This document shows, one piece after another, positions 54,177 through 64,000 of a DNA stretch of 64,000 nucleotides (its first letter is position 1; every line of letters starts with the position of its first letter). The DNA is from a virus, in IMG/VR virus record IMGVR_UViG_3300007734_000751, positions 1 through 64,000 of that record; one strand, 5' to 3'. The notes beneath the pieces are model-generated. The model was not told where the DNA came from and did no database searches. It was given only the letters and a program-made list of their open reading frames with translations. Both the position numbers and the translations under genes were made by a program.

Positions 54177-56122
54177 TGGCTAATTTCTCCGCTAAGATCC
54201 AGACAGCGCGCGATGCCGGATACTCTGATGAAGAGATCAAACGGTTTCTTATGTCTACGCCTGAAGCGGAGAAAGCCAAAGAAGCTGGCTATACAGACGT
54301 AGAGATCGCGTCACATTTTGGATTAGCGCCATCAGAACCTAAAGAGATCGTTACGACTCCGCAAAAGATTGCCGGATATGTTGGCGAGACATTAGGCAAT
54401 ATTCCTGAAAGCACGCTTAATTTTGCTCAAGGCATTTATGAAACCGCCACCAATCCTATGCAAACGGTGGAAGCATTAGGACAGGCCGCGATGAGTCCTG
54501 TCCAGACGGCTAAAGCTATTGGTGGTTATTTAGGTGAACGCTACGGGTCGCCTACACAGGCATTAGAAACTTTTAAGACCGATCCTGTTGGCGTGTTGTC
54601 TGATATTTCTGCGGGTGCAGGTATTGGTGGATTGACTGCGCGGCTTGGCGGTAAAGGCGTTTTAGCTCAGAATGCAATGCGTTTAGCTGAACGCACTGCG
54701 CCTTCAAACGTATTAGCCGGCGCTTTACAAGCTCCTTTTAATGCCGCCGCGCCTACTTATGAGTTTGCGCGCAACATGATGGCTCCTAAGTACGCAGCAT
54801 ACATGGCGGCGACTGAGGGCAGAACGCCTGAAATTATCTCGGCGCTTCGCAGCCCACAAGCGCAGATCGTTCCTGGCGCTATGCCTACAGCGGCGCAAGC
54901 CGCTGCGCCTGTTGGTGCGGCTAAGTTCCAGGCGCTCGGCGCTACAGCCGCCGAAACAATGCCGTCCGAATATATGCAACGTGCTCAAGAGCAAGGCGCG
55001 GCGCGTCTAAAAGCATTAAGAACTGTAGCTGGATCTGAGCGCACGTTAGAAGCGGCTAAAGAAGGCCGGTCTAAAGAAGCTGCGTATCTTTACGGAAAAG
55101 CAGATAAAATGCTTGTACCTGAAGATAAAAAACTAGCTGAGTTACTAACGCGTCCTTCGATGGACAAAGCGCTTGCTCGCGCTGAAGAGTTAGCCGCAGA
55201 GCGCGGCCATACGTTCCAGCTTGGCGAAACTAAACCTGCTACGACTGTAGAGTCCGCTATCGTCGATGAATATGGCAATCCGATCAAGCGCACAATTCCT
55301 GCAACGACCGCTAAGTATCCTGTTAGCAGCTTGCACGCGCTCAAGATGTCTATGGACGATCTTATACGCAACCCAGAACGCTTTGGCATCGGCGCATCTG
55401 AAGCCGCTGCTATAGGTAACACGCGCAAGCAATTAATTAGTTGGATCAAACAAAAATCACCGCTGTATGAACAAGCGCGCGGTCAGTTTGCCAAGCGTAG
55501 CGGGCCGATCAATCAAATGGAGATCGGCCAATATCTCGAAAGCAAATTGCTGGCACCGTTGAGCGAAGAAGCACCGCAACGCGCAGGTGTATTTGCGACG
55601 GCTGTTGAGGCTGCACCACGCACGATCAAACAAGCGCTCGAAGGTGGTGGGCCTCGATTCGAGAAACTGTCTCAAGTATTAACGCCCACACAAGTAAAAG
55701 CTATTGAGAATATCCAAGCTGACTTAGCGCGCGAGGCGCAAGCAGATCGTATGGCGCGTGTGGCTAGAGAAGCTGCGCCTGACGCGACTGAAATAACTAA
55801 AGGTGTGTTGCCGCGTGCTCCTAACTGGATGAACCGCATCACATCGACCGTCAATAAAATAATGGATAAATCGCAGGGCGCGCTTGATCGTAAATATGCG
55901 CTTGAGATCGCGACTGAGATGTTGGATCCCGAACAGACCGCAAAGGTTCTTGAAGCCGCTGTGGCATATGCGGAAAAAACTAAAAAGACCGCAGCAAAAA
56001 TAAAAGGCATGGGCGCAGGTGTAAAAGAAACTGTGCAGAAACTTGGCCCCGCGATCTCTGGAGCTGTGACCGTTCAGAACGTGATGCGCCGCAGAGACAA
56101 TCAAAACGCGATGGCGAGATGA
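54176..56122 (+). CDS. Ejection protein 3 (B)
   Basis: Homolog of 16,708-18,612 with a different N-terminal domain. Confidence 0.65.
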   Translation: MANFSAKIQTARDAGYSDEEIKRFLMSTPEAEKAKEAGYTDVEIASHFGLAPSEPKEIVTTPQKIAGYVGETLGNIPESTLNFAQGIYETATNPMQTVEALGQAAMSPVQTAKAIGGYLGERYGSPTQALETFKTDPVGVLSDISAGAGIGGLTARLGGKGVLAQNAMRLAERTAPSNVLAGALQAPFNAAAPTYEFARNMMAPKYAAYMAATEGRTPEIISALRSPQAQIVPGAMPTAAQAAAPVGAAKFQALGATAAETMPSEYMQRAQEQGAARLKALRTVAGSERTLEAAKEGRSKEAAYLYGKADKMLVPEDKKLAELLTRPSMDKALARAEELAAERGHTFQLGETKPATTVESAIVDEYGNPIKRTIPATTAKYPVSSLHALKMSMDDLIRNPERFGIGASEAAAIGNTRKQLISWIKQKSPLYEQARGQFAKRSGPINQMEIGQYLESKLLAPLSEEAPQRAGVFATAVEAAPRTIKQALEGGGPRFEKLSQVLTPTQVKAIENIQADLAREAQADRMARVAREAAPDATEITKGVLPRAPNWMNRITSTVNKIMDKSQGALDRKYALEIATEMLDPEQTAKVLEAAVAYAEKTKKTAAKIKGMGAGVKETVQKLGPAISGAVTVQNVMRRRDNQNAMAR

Positions 56123-56385
56123 CACCAATGGCTGAATATCAAGTGTTCTTTGACGTGGCCGTTGGTATGATTGGCGTCCTGGGCGGATGGGTATTGAATA
56201 CCGTCTGGGGCGCTGTCAAAGACCTGCAAGAAGCCGATAAGGATCTGGCTGAGAAGGTCGGTCAGATCGAGGTTCTTGTCGCTGGACGTTACGTTACCCG
56301 CGAAGAGTTTAACACGACACTTAGCCAAGTGTTCATAAAGCTCGATACGATTCGAGATATTGTGAGCCAGAAAGCGGATAGATGA
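56119..56385 (+). CDS. Single-TM holin/antiholin candidate (B)
   Basis: Homolog of 18,612-18,872. Confidence 0.55.
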   Translation: MTPMAEYQVFFDVAVGMIGVLGGWVLNTVWGAVKDLQEADKDLAEKVGQIEVLVAGRYVTREEFNTTLSQVFIKLDTIRDIVSQKADR

Positions 56386-56885
56386 AAGAGAACTACGCGC
56401 AGGCGCTGAAGCAAGTCTTGAAATACGAAGGTGGCAAAGTAGATGACCCTCGTGATCCAGGCGGCAGGACTGCTTTTGGCATCACTCAGGATACCTATGA
56501 CGCGTGGCGTAAAAAACAGAATCTGCCGACAGTTGACGTGTTCACGATCAGTCAGGCGGATGTTGCGGCCATTTACCGTCAAGAATATTGGGATCGTATT
56601 TCTGGAGATAATTTGCCCTCTGGCGTTGATTTTGCTGTGTTCGACTTTGCTGTCAATTCCGGCGTAAGCCGCGCGGCTAAAACATTGCAAGCCGTTGTCG
56701 GCGTTACGCAAGACGGCGTGATTGGCCCCGCTACTATTCAAGCCGCTAAGACCTATGTTGCGATGTCGATAACTAATCGACGTCTAGCGTTTATGCAGTC
56801 CCTGTCGATCTGGTCTACGTTCGGCAAAGGATGGTCTGCGCGAATAGCTGACGTTAAATCGCAGATCATAGCGCTTGTTAAATAG
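56382..56885 (+). CDS. GH108 endolysin (B)
   Basis: EGGKVDDPRDPGGRTAFGIT. Confidence 0.92.
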   Translation: MKENYAQALKQVLKYEGGKVDDPRDPGGRTAFGITQDTYDAWRKKQNLPTVDVFTISQADVAAIYRQEYWDRISGDNLPSGVDFAVFDFAVNSGVSRAAKTLQAVVGVTQDGVIGPATIQAAKTYVAMSITNRRLAFMQSLSIWSTFGKGWSARIADVKSQIIALVK

Positions 56886-56979
56886 AATAGTATATATCGT
56901 CGCGGTTGCCGCTTCGATTTCATACGGTGCAAAACTAGCATTTATGCTTGGCATTTATTTTAGGAGGACAATGGAATGA
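56875..56979 (+). CDS. 34-aa membrane peptide (B; TTG start)
   Basis: LNRIVYIVAVAASISYGAKLAFMLGIYFRRTME, homolog of 19,458. Confidence 0.45.
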   Translation: MLNRIVYIVAVAASISYGAKLAFMLGIYFRRTME

Positions 56980-57140
56980 TTAAGAATTGGAAAACCACAA
57001 TTCCTGGCGTTATTACTCTTATTGGCGTTGTCTTCAATGCTTGGCAGACCAAAACGCTTGACTGGTCTTCACTGCAAGCTGCGCTCGTCGCTATTGGTCT
57101 GATCGGCGCTAAAGATTTTAACGTCACTGGCGGCGCATGA
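56976..57140 (+). CDS. Holin-like protein (B)
   Basis: MIKNWKTTIPGVITLIGVV...AKD. Confidence 0.7.
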   Translation: MIKNWKTTIPGVITLIGVVFNAWQTKTLDWSSLQAALVAIGLIGAKDFNVTGGA

Positions 57141-57349
57141 CGACTGCCATTCTCGTTGGTTTATTTTTAATTGTGCTTTACGGCGCGGTTAAAATGTTAA
57201 TCGCCGACGCTTATGATCGCGGGCGACGCGAGGAAGTTGTGCGTCGTTTAGATCTTGCGGCTAAGTTAAAAGAAAGACAGACCAATGTCGTTATGGCCCC
57301 TAAAACCGTGGACGATACTGCTACTGATCTTGACAACGGCACTTTCTAG
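57137..57349 (+). CDS. i-spanin (B)
   Basis: Homolog of 19,726. Confidence 0.7.
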   Translation: MTTAILVGLFLIVLYGAVKMLIADAYDRGRREEVVRRLDLAAKLKERQTNVVMAPKTVDDTATDLDNGTF

Positions 57350-57506
57350 TTGCCAGTCAACGAGCGGCGGGTCTTGCCCGCCACTCGCTCAATATTCACT
57401 CGCTCAACAGCGCGCCGTTGCCGCTGAACTTAGGCGGCTCCGTGGAACCGAAACGGCTCAGTTTATCGTCGATTACGGCAAGCTCAGGGCGGCGTGTCGG
57501 CTTTAG
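57285..57506 (+). CDS. o-spanin (B)
   Basis: Lipobox LSSC. Confidence 0.72.
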   Translation: MSLWPLKPWTILLLILTTALSSCQSTSGGSCPPLAQYSLAQQRAVAAELRRLRGTETAQFIVDYGKLRAACRL

Positions 57507-57845
57507 ATCTTCTCTTTTAGCGGGTTTTAAATCCGTACGCTTCTTGTATCCGATGTTAGCGCCAGTCGCGGCCTTCTGATTTGCATAATCATTAGCAAAC
57601 ATCGCCGCAAACGCTTCATAGTTCATCGCGTCAAGGCGGCTGTCGATATGCGTCGGGCTGCTAAACGCGCGAGCGTTCTTAACGCAGACCATGATAATCG
57701 CTACCTCAAAGGGGTGAATATCGCGGCCCAAACGCAGAGATGCCAAATCAGCAATAAGCTGAAAATTATCTTCAATTCCACCGTAGTCAGCCCCGCGCTC
57801 TCCGATAATTTCGCTGGCTTGTTGTAGTAGATCGTGCGGATTCAT
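57396..57845 (-). CDS. DUF6378-like protein (B)
   Basis: Homolog of 19,985-20,437. Confidence 0.72.
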   Translation of the reverse strand: MNPHDLLQQASEIIGERGADYGGIEDNFQLIADLASLRLGRDIHPFEVAIIMVCVKNARAFSSPTHIDSRLDAMNYEAFAAMFANDYANQKAATGANIGYKKRTDLKPAKREDLKPTRRPELAVIDDKLSRFGSTEPPKFSGNGALLSE

Positions 57846-58020
57846 CTATTTCCCCTATTAGTTCGGCACGCTCACGCAACATCCGCAGCGTCGTGTAACG
57901 CTGATGCAAACGTATAATGACCGTAGACCGCCGAGCGTTCTTGCGCTCGTCTTCCAAGAGATCCAATACCTCTTGTTCCGTGTAGTCCGTCAGGACTTCA
58001 TTCAATTCACGCCAGTTCAT
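57787..58020 (-). CDS. Small conserved protein (B)
   Basis: RLHQRY motif. Confidence 0.65.
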   Translation of the reverse strand: MNWRELNEVLTDYTEQEVLDLLEDERKNARRSTVIIRLHQRYTTLRMLRERAELIGEIDESARSTTTSQRNYRRARG

Positions 58021-59287
58021 TTAAGGCTAACTCCGCTAACGAACGCTTGTCGTGCAGACTTGCGTAGATGCGCTCGTCAATAGTCTTATTACAAATCATA
58101 ACGTAACACCACACTTCTTTTGTTTGGCCGCTACGGTGCAGGCGTCCAATGGTTTGCTCGTAAAGTTCGAGCGACCACGGCAACGATAGAAAGATGATCT
58201 TGTTGCCGCCAAACTGTAAGTTCAGTCCGTGACCTGCGCTCTTTGGATGCAGGGCCAATAGCTCCAGTTCACCTTTGTTCCACTTGTCAACGACATTCTC
58301 GTCGTCCATAGTAGAGAGTTGTGGATATTGTCGTTTTAATTCTGCTAGTTCTTCTTTATAATTGTAGACAATGATTGTGTTGGCGTGTTGGTTTTCTTCG
58401 AGCACTTCTCTTAATAGATCAAACTTATGCGAAGTTAGCCACTCCGCGCCGTTAGCGCCGTAAATGAATCCGCCCGCGAGCTGTTGTAGTTTCTGAGTGA
58501 CGACAGCCGCTGTCGGCGCTGTGATGGTCTGTCCTAACTCAAGGACAAAATCCTTTTTCATTTTATTGTATGGCGCTAGATCCATGTCGCAGCGCAACTC
58601 TACGACGTTGAGCGGCGGTAGCTTGTCCTTGTATTCGCCAGCCTCTAACACATATGTCGCTGGTTTGATCGCGGTCATTACATGGTTCAACGCCTCAGGC
58701 AGCGGCTCCCACTGTTGATACTCGCGGTTGATGCAGTAGAAATACTGTTGCAGAAACGCGCCTTTGCTACGGCCTAACAGCTTCTGGTCAACAACTTTGC
58801 ACTGGCCGAACACGTCTTCAAGACCGTTCGACGTGAACGATCCTGTCAAGCCCCAGCGTATGTGGAACTTGTCAAGGATTTTCAGTAAGTATTTAAAGCG
58901 TTTTCCACTAGGATTTTTTAGTCGCGTAAGCTCATCAAAAACCACACCGTCAAAACCAGTGGGATCAATGCTAGGTATATTGTCATAGTTCGTCACCACA
59001 ATGTCAGCGTCGGAATCAAAAGCGGCTTTGCGTTGCGCTGGCGTCCCAACGGCTATGCTTATGTCAAACTCAGGACACCACTTTTGACCCTCTTGCTTCC
59101 AAACATCAGTGCAAACTCGTTTGGGTGCAAGCACTAACCAGCGGTCAACAAAACCTCGCGCTAACATTTCTGTCATTGCGGTTAATGTAATTGCAGTCTT
59201 ACCAGCGCCGACGGGCGCTAAGATCATGGCGCGGTCACGACAGAAAAGGAAGTCGGCTGCGTCGTGTTGATACGGTCGTAAGTCCAT
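58007..59287 (-). CDS. SNF2-family helicase (B)
   Basis: Same helicase motifs as in A. Confidence 0.92.
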   Translation of the reverse strand: MDLRPYQHDAADFLFCRDRAMILAPVGAGKTAITLTAMTEMLARGFVDRWLVLAPKRVCTDVWKQEGQKWCPEFDISIAVGTPAQRKAAFDSDADIVVTNYDNIPSIDPTGFDGVVFDELTRLKNPSGKRFKYLLKILDKFHIRWGLTGSFTSNGLEDVFGQCKVVDQKLLGRSKGAFLQQYFYCINREYQQWEPLPEALNHVMTAIKPATYVLEAGEYKDKLPPLNVVELRCDMDLAPYNKMKKDFVLELGQTITAPTAAVVTQKLQQLAGGFIYGANGAEWLTSHKFDLLREVLEENQHANTIIVYNYKEELAELKRQYPQLSTMDDENVVDKWNKGELELLALHPKSAGHGLNLQFGGNKIIFLSLPWSLELYEQTIGRLHRSGQTKEVWCYVMICNKTIDERIYASLHDKRSLAELALNELA

Positions 59288-59547
59288 CTATCTACCTGTT
59301 CACGATTCCAGAGGCACGCATAACGCTGATTCAACTTTTTCATGTCTTCGGCAAATATCTTTTGCAACGCCGATAGCTTGCCGCCCTCTTGTTTTAACTC
59401 TACAAACCATGTTTCGCCGTTTGGTAAACAAACAATTCTGTCAGAAACGCCACGATTGGACAGGCTGTTAAATTTAAACGCAACGCCGTTAAGTGATTGA
59501 ACGGACTTTACAAAGTAGCGTTCAATATCTTTTTCCAAATCAGTCAT
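59224..59547 (-). CDS. VRR-NUC nuclease (B)
   Basis: GVSDRIV...FVELK..GGKLSALQ. Confidence 0.88.
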   Translation of the reverse strand: MTDLEKDIERYFVKSVQSLNGVAFKFNSLSNRGVSDRIVCLPNGETWFVELKQEGGKLSALQKIFAEDMKKLNQRYACLWNREQVDRWTYDRINTTQPTSFSVVTAP

Positions 59548-59557
59548 AAAAAACTAT

Positions 59558-59587
59558 TTGACACATCCGTAATAAATTGTCTAGTAT
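59558..59587 (+). promoter_or_regulatory. Sigma70-like promoter (B)
   Basis: TTGACA-18-TAGTAT. Confidence 0.6.
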
Positions 59588-59612
59588 GCAAATCACAGAA
59601 AGGTAATATACA

Positions 59613-60719
59613 ATGCACTCGGATATAGTCGGCGGCTCAACTGCAAAGCGCGTAATGAACTGCCCTGGCTCTGTAAAGCTCGCGCAATCCGTTCCCCCAA
59701 GACCAACATCAAAATATGCAGAGGAAGGATCACTCTTACATGATGCGATACACAAGATCTTATCTCACGGTGCATCTGTTGATGATTTTGGCCTTGGCGA
59801 TGATCTCATTGAGCGTAAACTACGCGTTGCCCTTGATGCGCTGAATGAGATTGATCCTAACTCACAGATGGAGTTTCAGACTGAGATCTCCGTCTCCTTT
59901 GGAGGGTATCTAGCTGGCGTATTCGGATCATGTGACCTCATTGGTCGTATTGGCAATCGTGCAGTTGTTCTCGATTGGAAGTTTGGTGATGGGGTGGCGG
60001 TGGATGCTGTCGAGAACCATCAGCTTTTGTTCTATGCCGCTGCGGCTATGCGGACTGACGAAGCCCGTTGGGCGTTCGAGGGCGTCACTGAAATAGAGTG
60101 CATCATCGTCCAACCGCCATATGTCAAGCGTTGGACTACTACGCCAGGTCGCGTCAAAGCGTTCGAGCGGGATCTTTACGACGCCGTTACAACAGCGCTG
60201 CGCGGTAACGCTCCTGTAAAGATTGGCGATCATTGCAAATGGTGTCCTGCCAAGCCAATATGTCCTGCCATGACTGGCGAGACTGAGCGCGCGTTACGGA
60301 TACAACTGAACAGCATATCGCCAGAGGGCTACAGCAATGCGCTTGTTATCGCAGATCGCCTTGAAGACTGGATCAAATCTGTGCGTGAGATGGCGCAACA
60401 GGCGCTTGAGAACGACATTGCCATCCCAGGATTTAAACTTGTGCCAAAGCGCGCCACACGTCAATGGGTCAACGACGAAGGCGCATTGGAAGCTCTTAAA
60501 GAAATGGGACTTGAGCTTGATGAATTAACAGAAACGAAATTGAGATCGCCAGCGCAGCTAGAGAAAGTGTTGAAGAAACACAAGCTCGAATTGCCTAAAG
60601 ATCACGTCGTCGCTGTTTCAACGGGTAACACGATTGCGCCGGAGTCAGATCCGCGCCCAGCCGCGTTACAACTCGGTAAGCACATCCGTGCTGCCACACT
60701 CAAACTACAGGTAAAATAA
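59613..60719 (+). CDS. DUF2800 exonuclease (B)
   Basis: Same motifs as 22,409; markedly diverged. Confidence 0.88.
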   Translation: MHSDIVGGSTAKRVMNCPGSVKLAQSVPPRPTSKYAEEGSLLHDAIHKILSHGASVDDFGLGDDLIERKLRVALDALNEIDPNSQMEFQTEISVSFGGYLAGVFGSCDLIGRIGNRAVVLDWKFGDGVAVDAVENHQLLFYAAAAMRTDEARWAFEGVTEIECIIVQPPYVKRWTTTPGRVKAFERDLYDAVTTALRGNAPVKIGDHCKWCPAKPICPAMTGETERALRIQLNSISPEGYSNALVIADRLEDWIKSVREMAQQALENDIAIPGFKLVPKRATRQWVNDEGALEALKEMGLELDELTETKLRSPAQLEKVLKKHKLELPKDHVVAVSTGNTIAPESDPRPAALQLGKHIRAATLKLQVK

Positions 60720-61351
60720 TGTCTAATCTAGTAAAGTTCGCTGGCGAAAACGCTAAACTTCCTAACTTATCACAAGTGTTGCGTTCGGTTAAGACCGAAT
60801 CAGCGCCGATAGGCATGGCAATTATCAAGATGGACAAGACCGGCCACTGGGTTGTCGGCGCTGACCAGACTGAGATTGAGAAGACAAGCGTATGGGCGGT
60901 TAATCCTTTCTCCTTTGTTCACGGCTTTATTGCTTGGGGCCAAGGCGAAGTGTTAGCTGAGAAGATGTTTCCGATTGATGTCAAACTTGCTGACGTTGAT
61001 CTGGGGCCAGCTCCGGCAGGCGCGCAGCGCGGTTGGGAAGATCAGTTCGGCATGTCTGTGAAATGCGTAGAAGGTGCCGACGAAGGACTTGATGCGCGTT
61101 TCTCAACAACATCTGTCGGTGGGCGGCGCGCTATGGCGACGTTGATGAACACCGTCGGCGAACAAGAAGAGAAAGACCCAACCAACATTGTGCCGTTGGT
61201 TGAGCTTGGTAGCGAGTATTATGCACATAAGGTTTATGGTCGCGTTTACACACCTGTATTCAAGATCATTAACTGGATCAGCTTAGACGGTAACGCCGCT
61301 GACGAGGCGCAAGTCGAGTCGGCAAGCACGGGGCGTCGCCGCCGTAGCTGA
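60719..61351 (+). CDS. Putative SSB (B)
   Basis: KMDKTGHWV.GADQ, YGRVYTPV; strongly diverged from A. Confidence 0.6.
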   Translation: MSNLVKFAGENAKLPNLSQVLRSVKTESAPIGMAIIKMDKTGHWVVGADQTEIEKTSVWAVNPFSFVHGFIAWGQGEVLAEKMFPIDVKLADVDLGPAPAGAQRGWEDQFGMSVKCVEGADEGLDARFSTTSVGGRRAMATLMNTVGEQEEKDPTNIVPLVELGSEYYAHKVYGRVYTPVFKIINWISLDGNAADEAQVESASTGRRRRS

Positions 61352-61354
61352 TAC

Positions 61355-61392
61355 GATGGGGCGGCGTTCGCGTGACACCGTGCCGCCCCGTC
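61355..61392 (+). terminator. GC-rich hairpin after SSB (B)
   Basis: gatggggcggcg...tgccgccccgtc. Confidence 0.5.
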
Positions 61393-61418
61393 ACCCTTCC
61401 TAACAGAAAGATAAGAAG

Positions 61419-61598
61419 ATGGCCGAACGTAAAGTTTGGAACGACGCAACACGTCTAACGCCCAAAGAACAACAGGTGTATGATCTATTCCGTAAGGGCT
61501 TTAGAGTTAAAGACATCGCTGTGATTCTTAGCATTACGCCAAGCGCAGCGCGGACAAGACTAGCTCTAGCAAAGGATAAGGTGCGCTGTGGCGGATAA
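61419..61598 (+). CDS. 59-aa LuxR-type HTH protein (B; not in ORF track)
   Basis: MAERKVWNDATRLTPKEQQVYDLFRKGFRVKDIAVILSITPSAARTRLALAKDKVRCGG. Confidence 0.7.
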   Translation: MAERKVWNDATRLTPKEQQVYDLFRKGFRVKDIAVILSITPSAARTRLALAKDKVRCGG

Positions 61599-62193
61599 AC
61601 TTTTCATACCGGCTTACTGGCCTTTCTTCAAATCGGGTGAGTTGCGTCGCTTTGACTATCAAGCGCCGGACACGCCATCGTTTACGTCTGTGTTTAGTTA
61701 TGACAAGGGCAGCGACAGTATGCTCTACAATAACTATGACAGCGCAGGCACATGGTTGAACAAATGGTTCTACCGATACAATCCTGGCTTCGGCGTTGCT
61801 GAGTGGCGTGACGACTATCCTGGCAACAAGAAGGTAGTTCTATCACCAGCGATAGGATGGGGCGAATTTCAGGACGTTGGGTCTGATTACATCAACTATC
61901 CGCGCTTTGACTTCTTTAAATGCTGGCCGCCAGCGTCAAGCAGCGGTGTGCAAATCGTGCATTTCGAAGAACACATCTCACAAATGAACGTGATGGGCGC
62001 ATACTATCAAGACGTGATCCAGTTCACTTACTTGCAGAACTGGAACGGCAAGCCAGCCACAGGCGCGCGTTATTGGATGGCGCTCGGTGTTGGCCCGATC
62101 AAGACGCAGTTCTTAACTCAGGAGGCAACAGACCCAACAAAGATAACGGAATCTGTAATATGGGACGCTAAAATAACGAGGATAAACCAATGA
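61588..62193 (+). CDS. Aromatic-rich beta protein (B)
   Basis: Close homolog of 24,187-24,780. Confidence 0.7.
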   Translation: MADKLFIPAYWPFFKSGELRRFDYQAPDTPSFTSVFSYDKGSDSMLYNNYDSAGTWLNKWFYRYNPGFGVAEWRDDYPGNKKVVLSPAIGWGEFQDVGSDYINYPRFDFFKCWPPASSSGVQIVHFEEHISQMNVMGAYYQDVIQFTYLQNWNGKPATGARYWMALGVGPIKTQFLTQEATDPTKITESVIWDAKITRINQ

Positions 62194-62432
62194 GTGACCG
62201 AAGCGATATGGAATACTATTTAGACGCCTTAGACCGCGAAGACCGTAAAGATCGCCGCGATGATCGTGAAGAGCGATTAAAAGAGCTGATGAGCGATCTA
62301 CTGTCCACCATCAAAAACTATTCAGACAAACATGAGAGGCCAGATGAAATCCTATTCGTTCTTGATCGTATCGTTGACGCTTATCGCACAGCCTTTGAAA
62401 GCACAGGAGGTAGAGACGCCAAGGTTCAGTGA
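62190..62432 (+). CDS. Small helical protein (B)
   Basis: Homolog of 24,750 with an N-terminal extension. Confidence 0.55.
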   Translation: MSDRSDMEYYLDALDREDRKDRRDDREERLKELMSDLLSTIKNYSDKHERPDEILFVLDRIVDAYRTAFESTGGRDAKVQ

Positions 62433-62571
62433 GATGAACTACGGCGAACAGACCTTCATCTACGACCGCAACGGGCGCATGGTCGCTGCGGGCGTGGGCG
62501 ATGAGTATGGCATGTATTACAGCAACCGCTACGGCCAGACTATCGGCACAAGATATGATGCGCCAAAATGA
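62344..62571 (+). CDS. Small secreted protein (B)
   Basis: MKSYSFLIVSLTLIAQPLKA/QEVE signal peptide. Confidence 0.62.
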   Translation: MKSYSFLIVSLTLIAQPLKAQEVETPRFSEMNYGEQTFIYDRNGRMVAAGVGDEYGMYYSNRYGQTIGTRYDAPK

Positions 62572-64000
62572 TCTGGTTAGACTTTGAAACGCGCAGCGAG
62601 TGCGATCTGAAGGTGGCGGGCGTATATAACTACGCTCGTCATCCTTCGACGCAGATACTGTGCATGGGCTTTGCGTTTAATGATGAGAGCGTCAACGTCA
62701 CAACGAACGTGTCGGAGATGCGTAAGATATTTGCTAACGCTCCAGACCATCAGATCTGCGCGCACAACGCAGCCTTTGAGCGGCTAATCATAGAGCATGT
62801 GCTTGGTATGCCGATGCCGATAGATCGTTTCTACTGCACGTCTGCACAGGCCCGCGCTAACTGTATGCCAGGATCGTTAGAAGATGTCGGGCGCTTCATG
62901 GGCGCGTCAATGCGTAAAGACAACAAAGGCGGCGCGCTTGTTAAGAAGCTCTGCACACCGCCGTTCAAAGGCACTGACGAAGACATGAAAGGTTTGATTA
63001 GATATTGCGCGCAGGACGTTCGCGCTATGCGAGACTTCAGCCAACGCATTGAACCGTTGAGCGAAGAACAGCTAACTGATTATCACGTCAACGAGCGCAT
63101 CAACGACAGAGGCGTGCGCGTAGATGTTAAACTGTGCAAGGCCGCGCTGCTTTATTCTGATGCAGAGATTGTTGATATTCAAAAGCGCGTGGTTGACATA
63201 ACCAAAGGCGCGATCACATCTGTCCGCAGTCCTAAGATGCGCGAGTGGGTGTTAGCGCGGCTAGGCCCAGACGCGCGGGCGCTGGCGGTCAAGAACGACA
63301 AGCCGTCTATCGACAAGAGCGTACGCGCCGCGCTGTTGTCAATGGGCGACCCTGACCAAGTGCCGCCCGATGTCCTTGAGGTCATACAATGCGCCGATGA
63401 TATGTGGGCGTCCTCGGTCGCTAAGTTCAAGCGGCTTGAACAGCTCGCCGGAGAGGACGACCGTGTGCGCGGCGCGTTTGTGTTCGCTGGCGGCAGCGCC
63501 ACGGGTAGAGCGTCATCATACGGCGCACAAGTGCATAACTTCACGCGCAAGTGTGCAGACAAGCCCGACTCGGTGCGTCAAGATATGGTGCGGCGTAAAC
63601 CGATTGTGCCTATACATGGTAAGCGTGTCACTGACGTGCTCAAGAGTATGTTACGCCCCGCGTTAATTCCGGCCACTAATAAAAAGTTTGTAGTAGCAGA
63701 CTGGTCGTCCATAGAAGCCCGTATAACTCCGTGGTTGTCTAATAATGGTGAAGCTAAGTTAAAACTATTTGAGACAGGCGCTGATGTTTATAAAGTAAAC
63801 GCGGCTAAAACATTTAATATATCAGTAGATAAAGTAACAAAAGATCAGCGACAGATTGGTAAAGTTCAAGAGCTTGCGTGTGGCTTTGCTGGCGGTATCG
63901 GCGCGTTTGCCGCGATGGGGCGCATCTACGGCGTTGATTTGTCTGATACTGAAGCGAATCAAATGGTTGTCGGTTGGCGCAAGGCTAATGATTGGGCGGC
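62568..64000 (+). CDS. polA: DNA polymerase A (B), truncated by window end
   Basis: MIWLDFETRSECDL start; ADWSSIEAR and KVQELACGFAGG near the end. Confidence 0.92.
   Translation, partial: MIWLDFETRSECDLKVAGVYNYARHPSTQILCMGFAFNDESVNVTTNVSEMRKIFANAPDHQICAHNAAFERLIIEHVLGMPMPIDRFYCTSAQARANCMPGSLEDVGRFMGASMRKDNKGGALVKKLCTPPFKGTDEDMKGLIRYCAQDVRAMRDFSQRIEPLSEEQLTDYHVNERINDRGVRVDVKLCKAALLYSDAEIVDIQKRVVDITKGAITSVRSPKMREWVLARLGPDARALAVKNDKPSIDKSVRAALLSMGDPDQVPPDVLEVIQCADDMWASSVAKFKRLEQLAGEDDRVRGAFVFAGGSATGRASSYGAQVHNFTRKCADKPDSVRQDMVRRKPIVPIHGKRVTDVLKSMLRPALIPATNKKFVVADWSSIEARITPWLSNNGEAKLKLFETGADVYKVNAAKTFNISVDKVTKDQRQIGKVQELACGFAGGIGAFAAMGRIYGVDLSDTEANQMVVGWRKANDWA

Larger units (their letters stand above)
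38597..64000. mobile_element. Phage genome unit B (variant of A, truncated in polA)
   Basis: Collinear homologs of the genes at 1-26,500 with synonymous changes and module swaps. Confidence 0.92.

Noticed and set aside
63370-63666. Possible frameshift in unit B polA, since it is missing from the ORF track
   Set aside because: The polA frame runs off the window end without a stop; this ORF is an alternate-frame shadow also present in A
1-64000. Alternative genetic code or stop-codon recoding
   Set aside because: Core genes are full length under code 11, and TAA, TAG and TGA all terminate genes

Overview
The window holds podovirus-type (P22-like head/tail, APSE/BPP-1-like replication module) phage DNA, probably infecting an alphaproteobacterium. 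It is two related but non-identical genomes head to tail. Unit A (1-38,596) is one complete circular genome opened inside the portal gene. Unit B (38,597-64,000, truncated in polA) is a second variant with the same gene order. The first 127 bp of the window match 38,597-38,723 exactly and differ at base 128, which suggests a k=127 de Bruijn assembly chimera rather than a true dimer. Gene order: terS-terL-small basic proteins-HNH-portal-ferritin-like-tail fibre/receptor-binding cassette-scaffold-capsid-decoration-head completion-gp10 hub-tail proteins-three ejection proteins-lysis; a leftward VRR-NUC/SNF2/DUF6378 block; a rightward DUF2800/SSB/PolA/primase-helicase block; a leftward early small-gene cassette; and an AT-rich repeat region (likely origin). 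No integrase, repressor, tRNA or CRISPR array was seen. Comparing A with B gives the best leads: (i) a co-swapped C-terminal peptide/N-terminal domain pair across an ejection-gene junction (candidate cognate docking system); (ii) a conserved hairpin/pseudoknot ahead of a non-AUG scaffold gene; (iii) a conserved cassette with a secreted peptide inside a diverged replication module; (iv) a swapped receptor-binding cassette. Unit A alone shows a candidate CCUCCUCCC 'cuckoo'-type anti-Shine-Dalgarno sRNA and a CtrA-type box in the putative origin. All family calls are from motif recognition by eye, without database searches.
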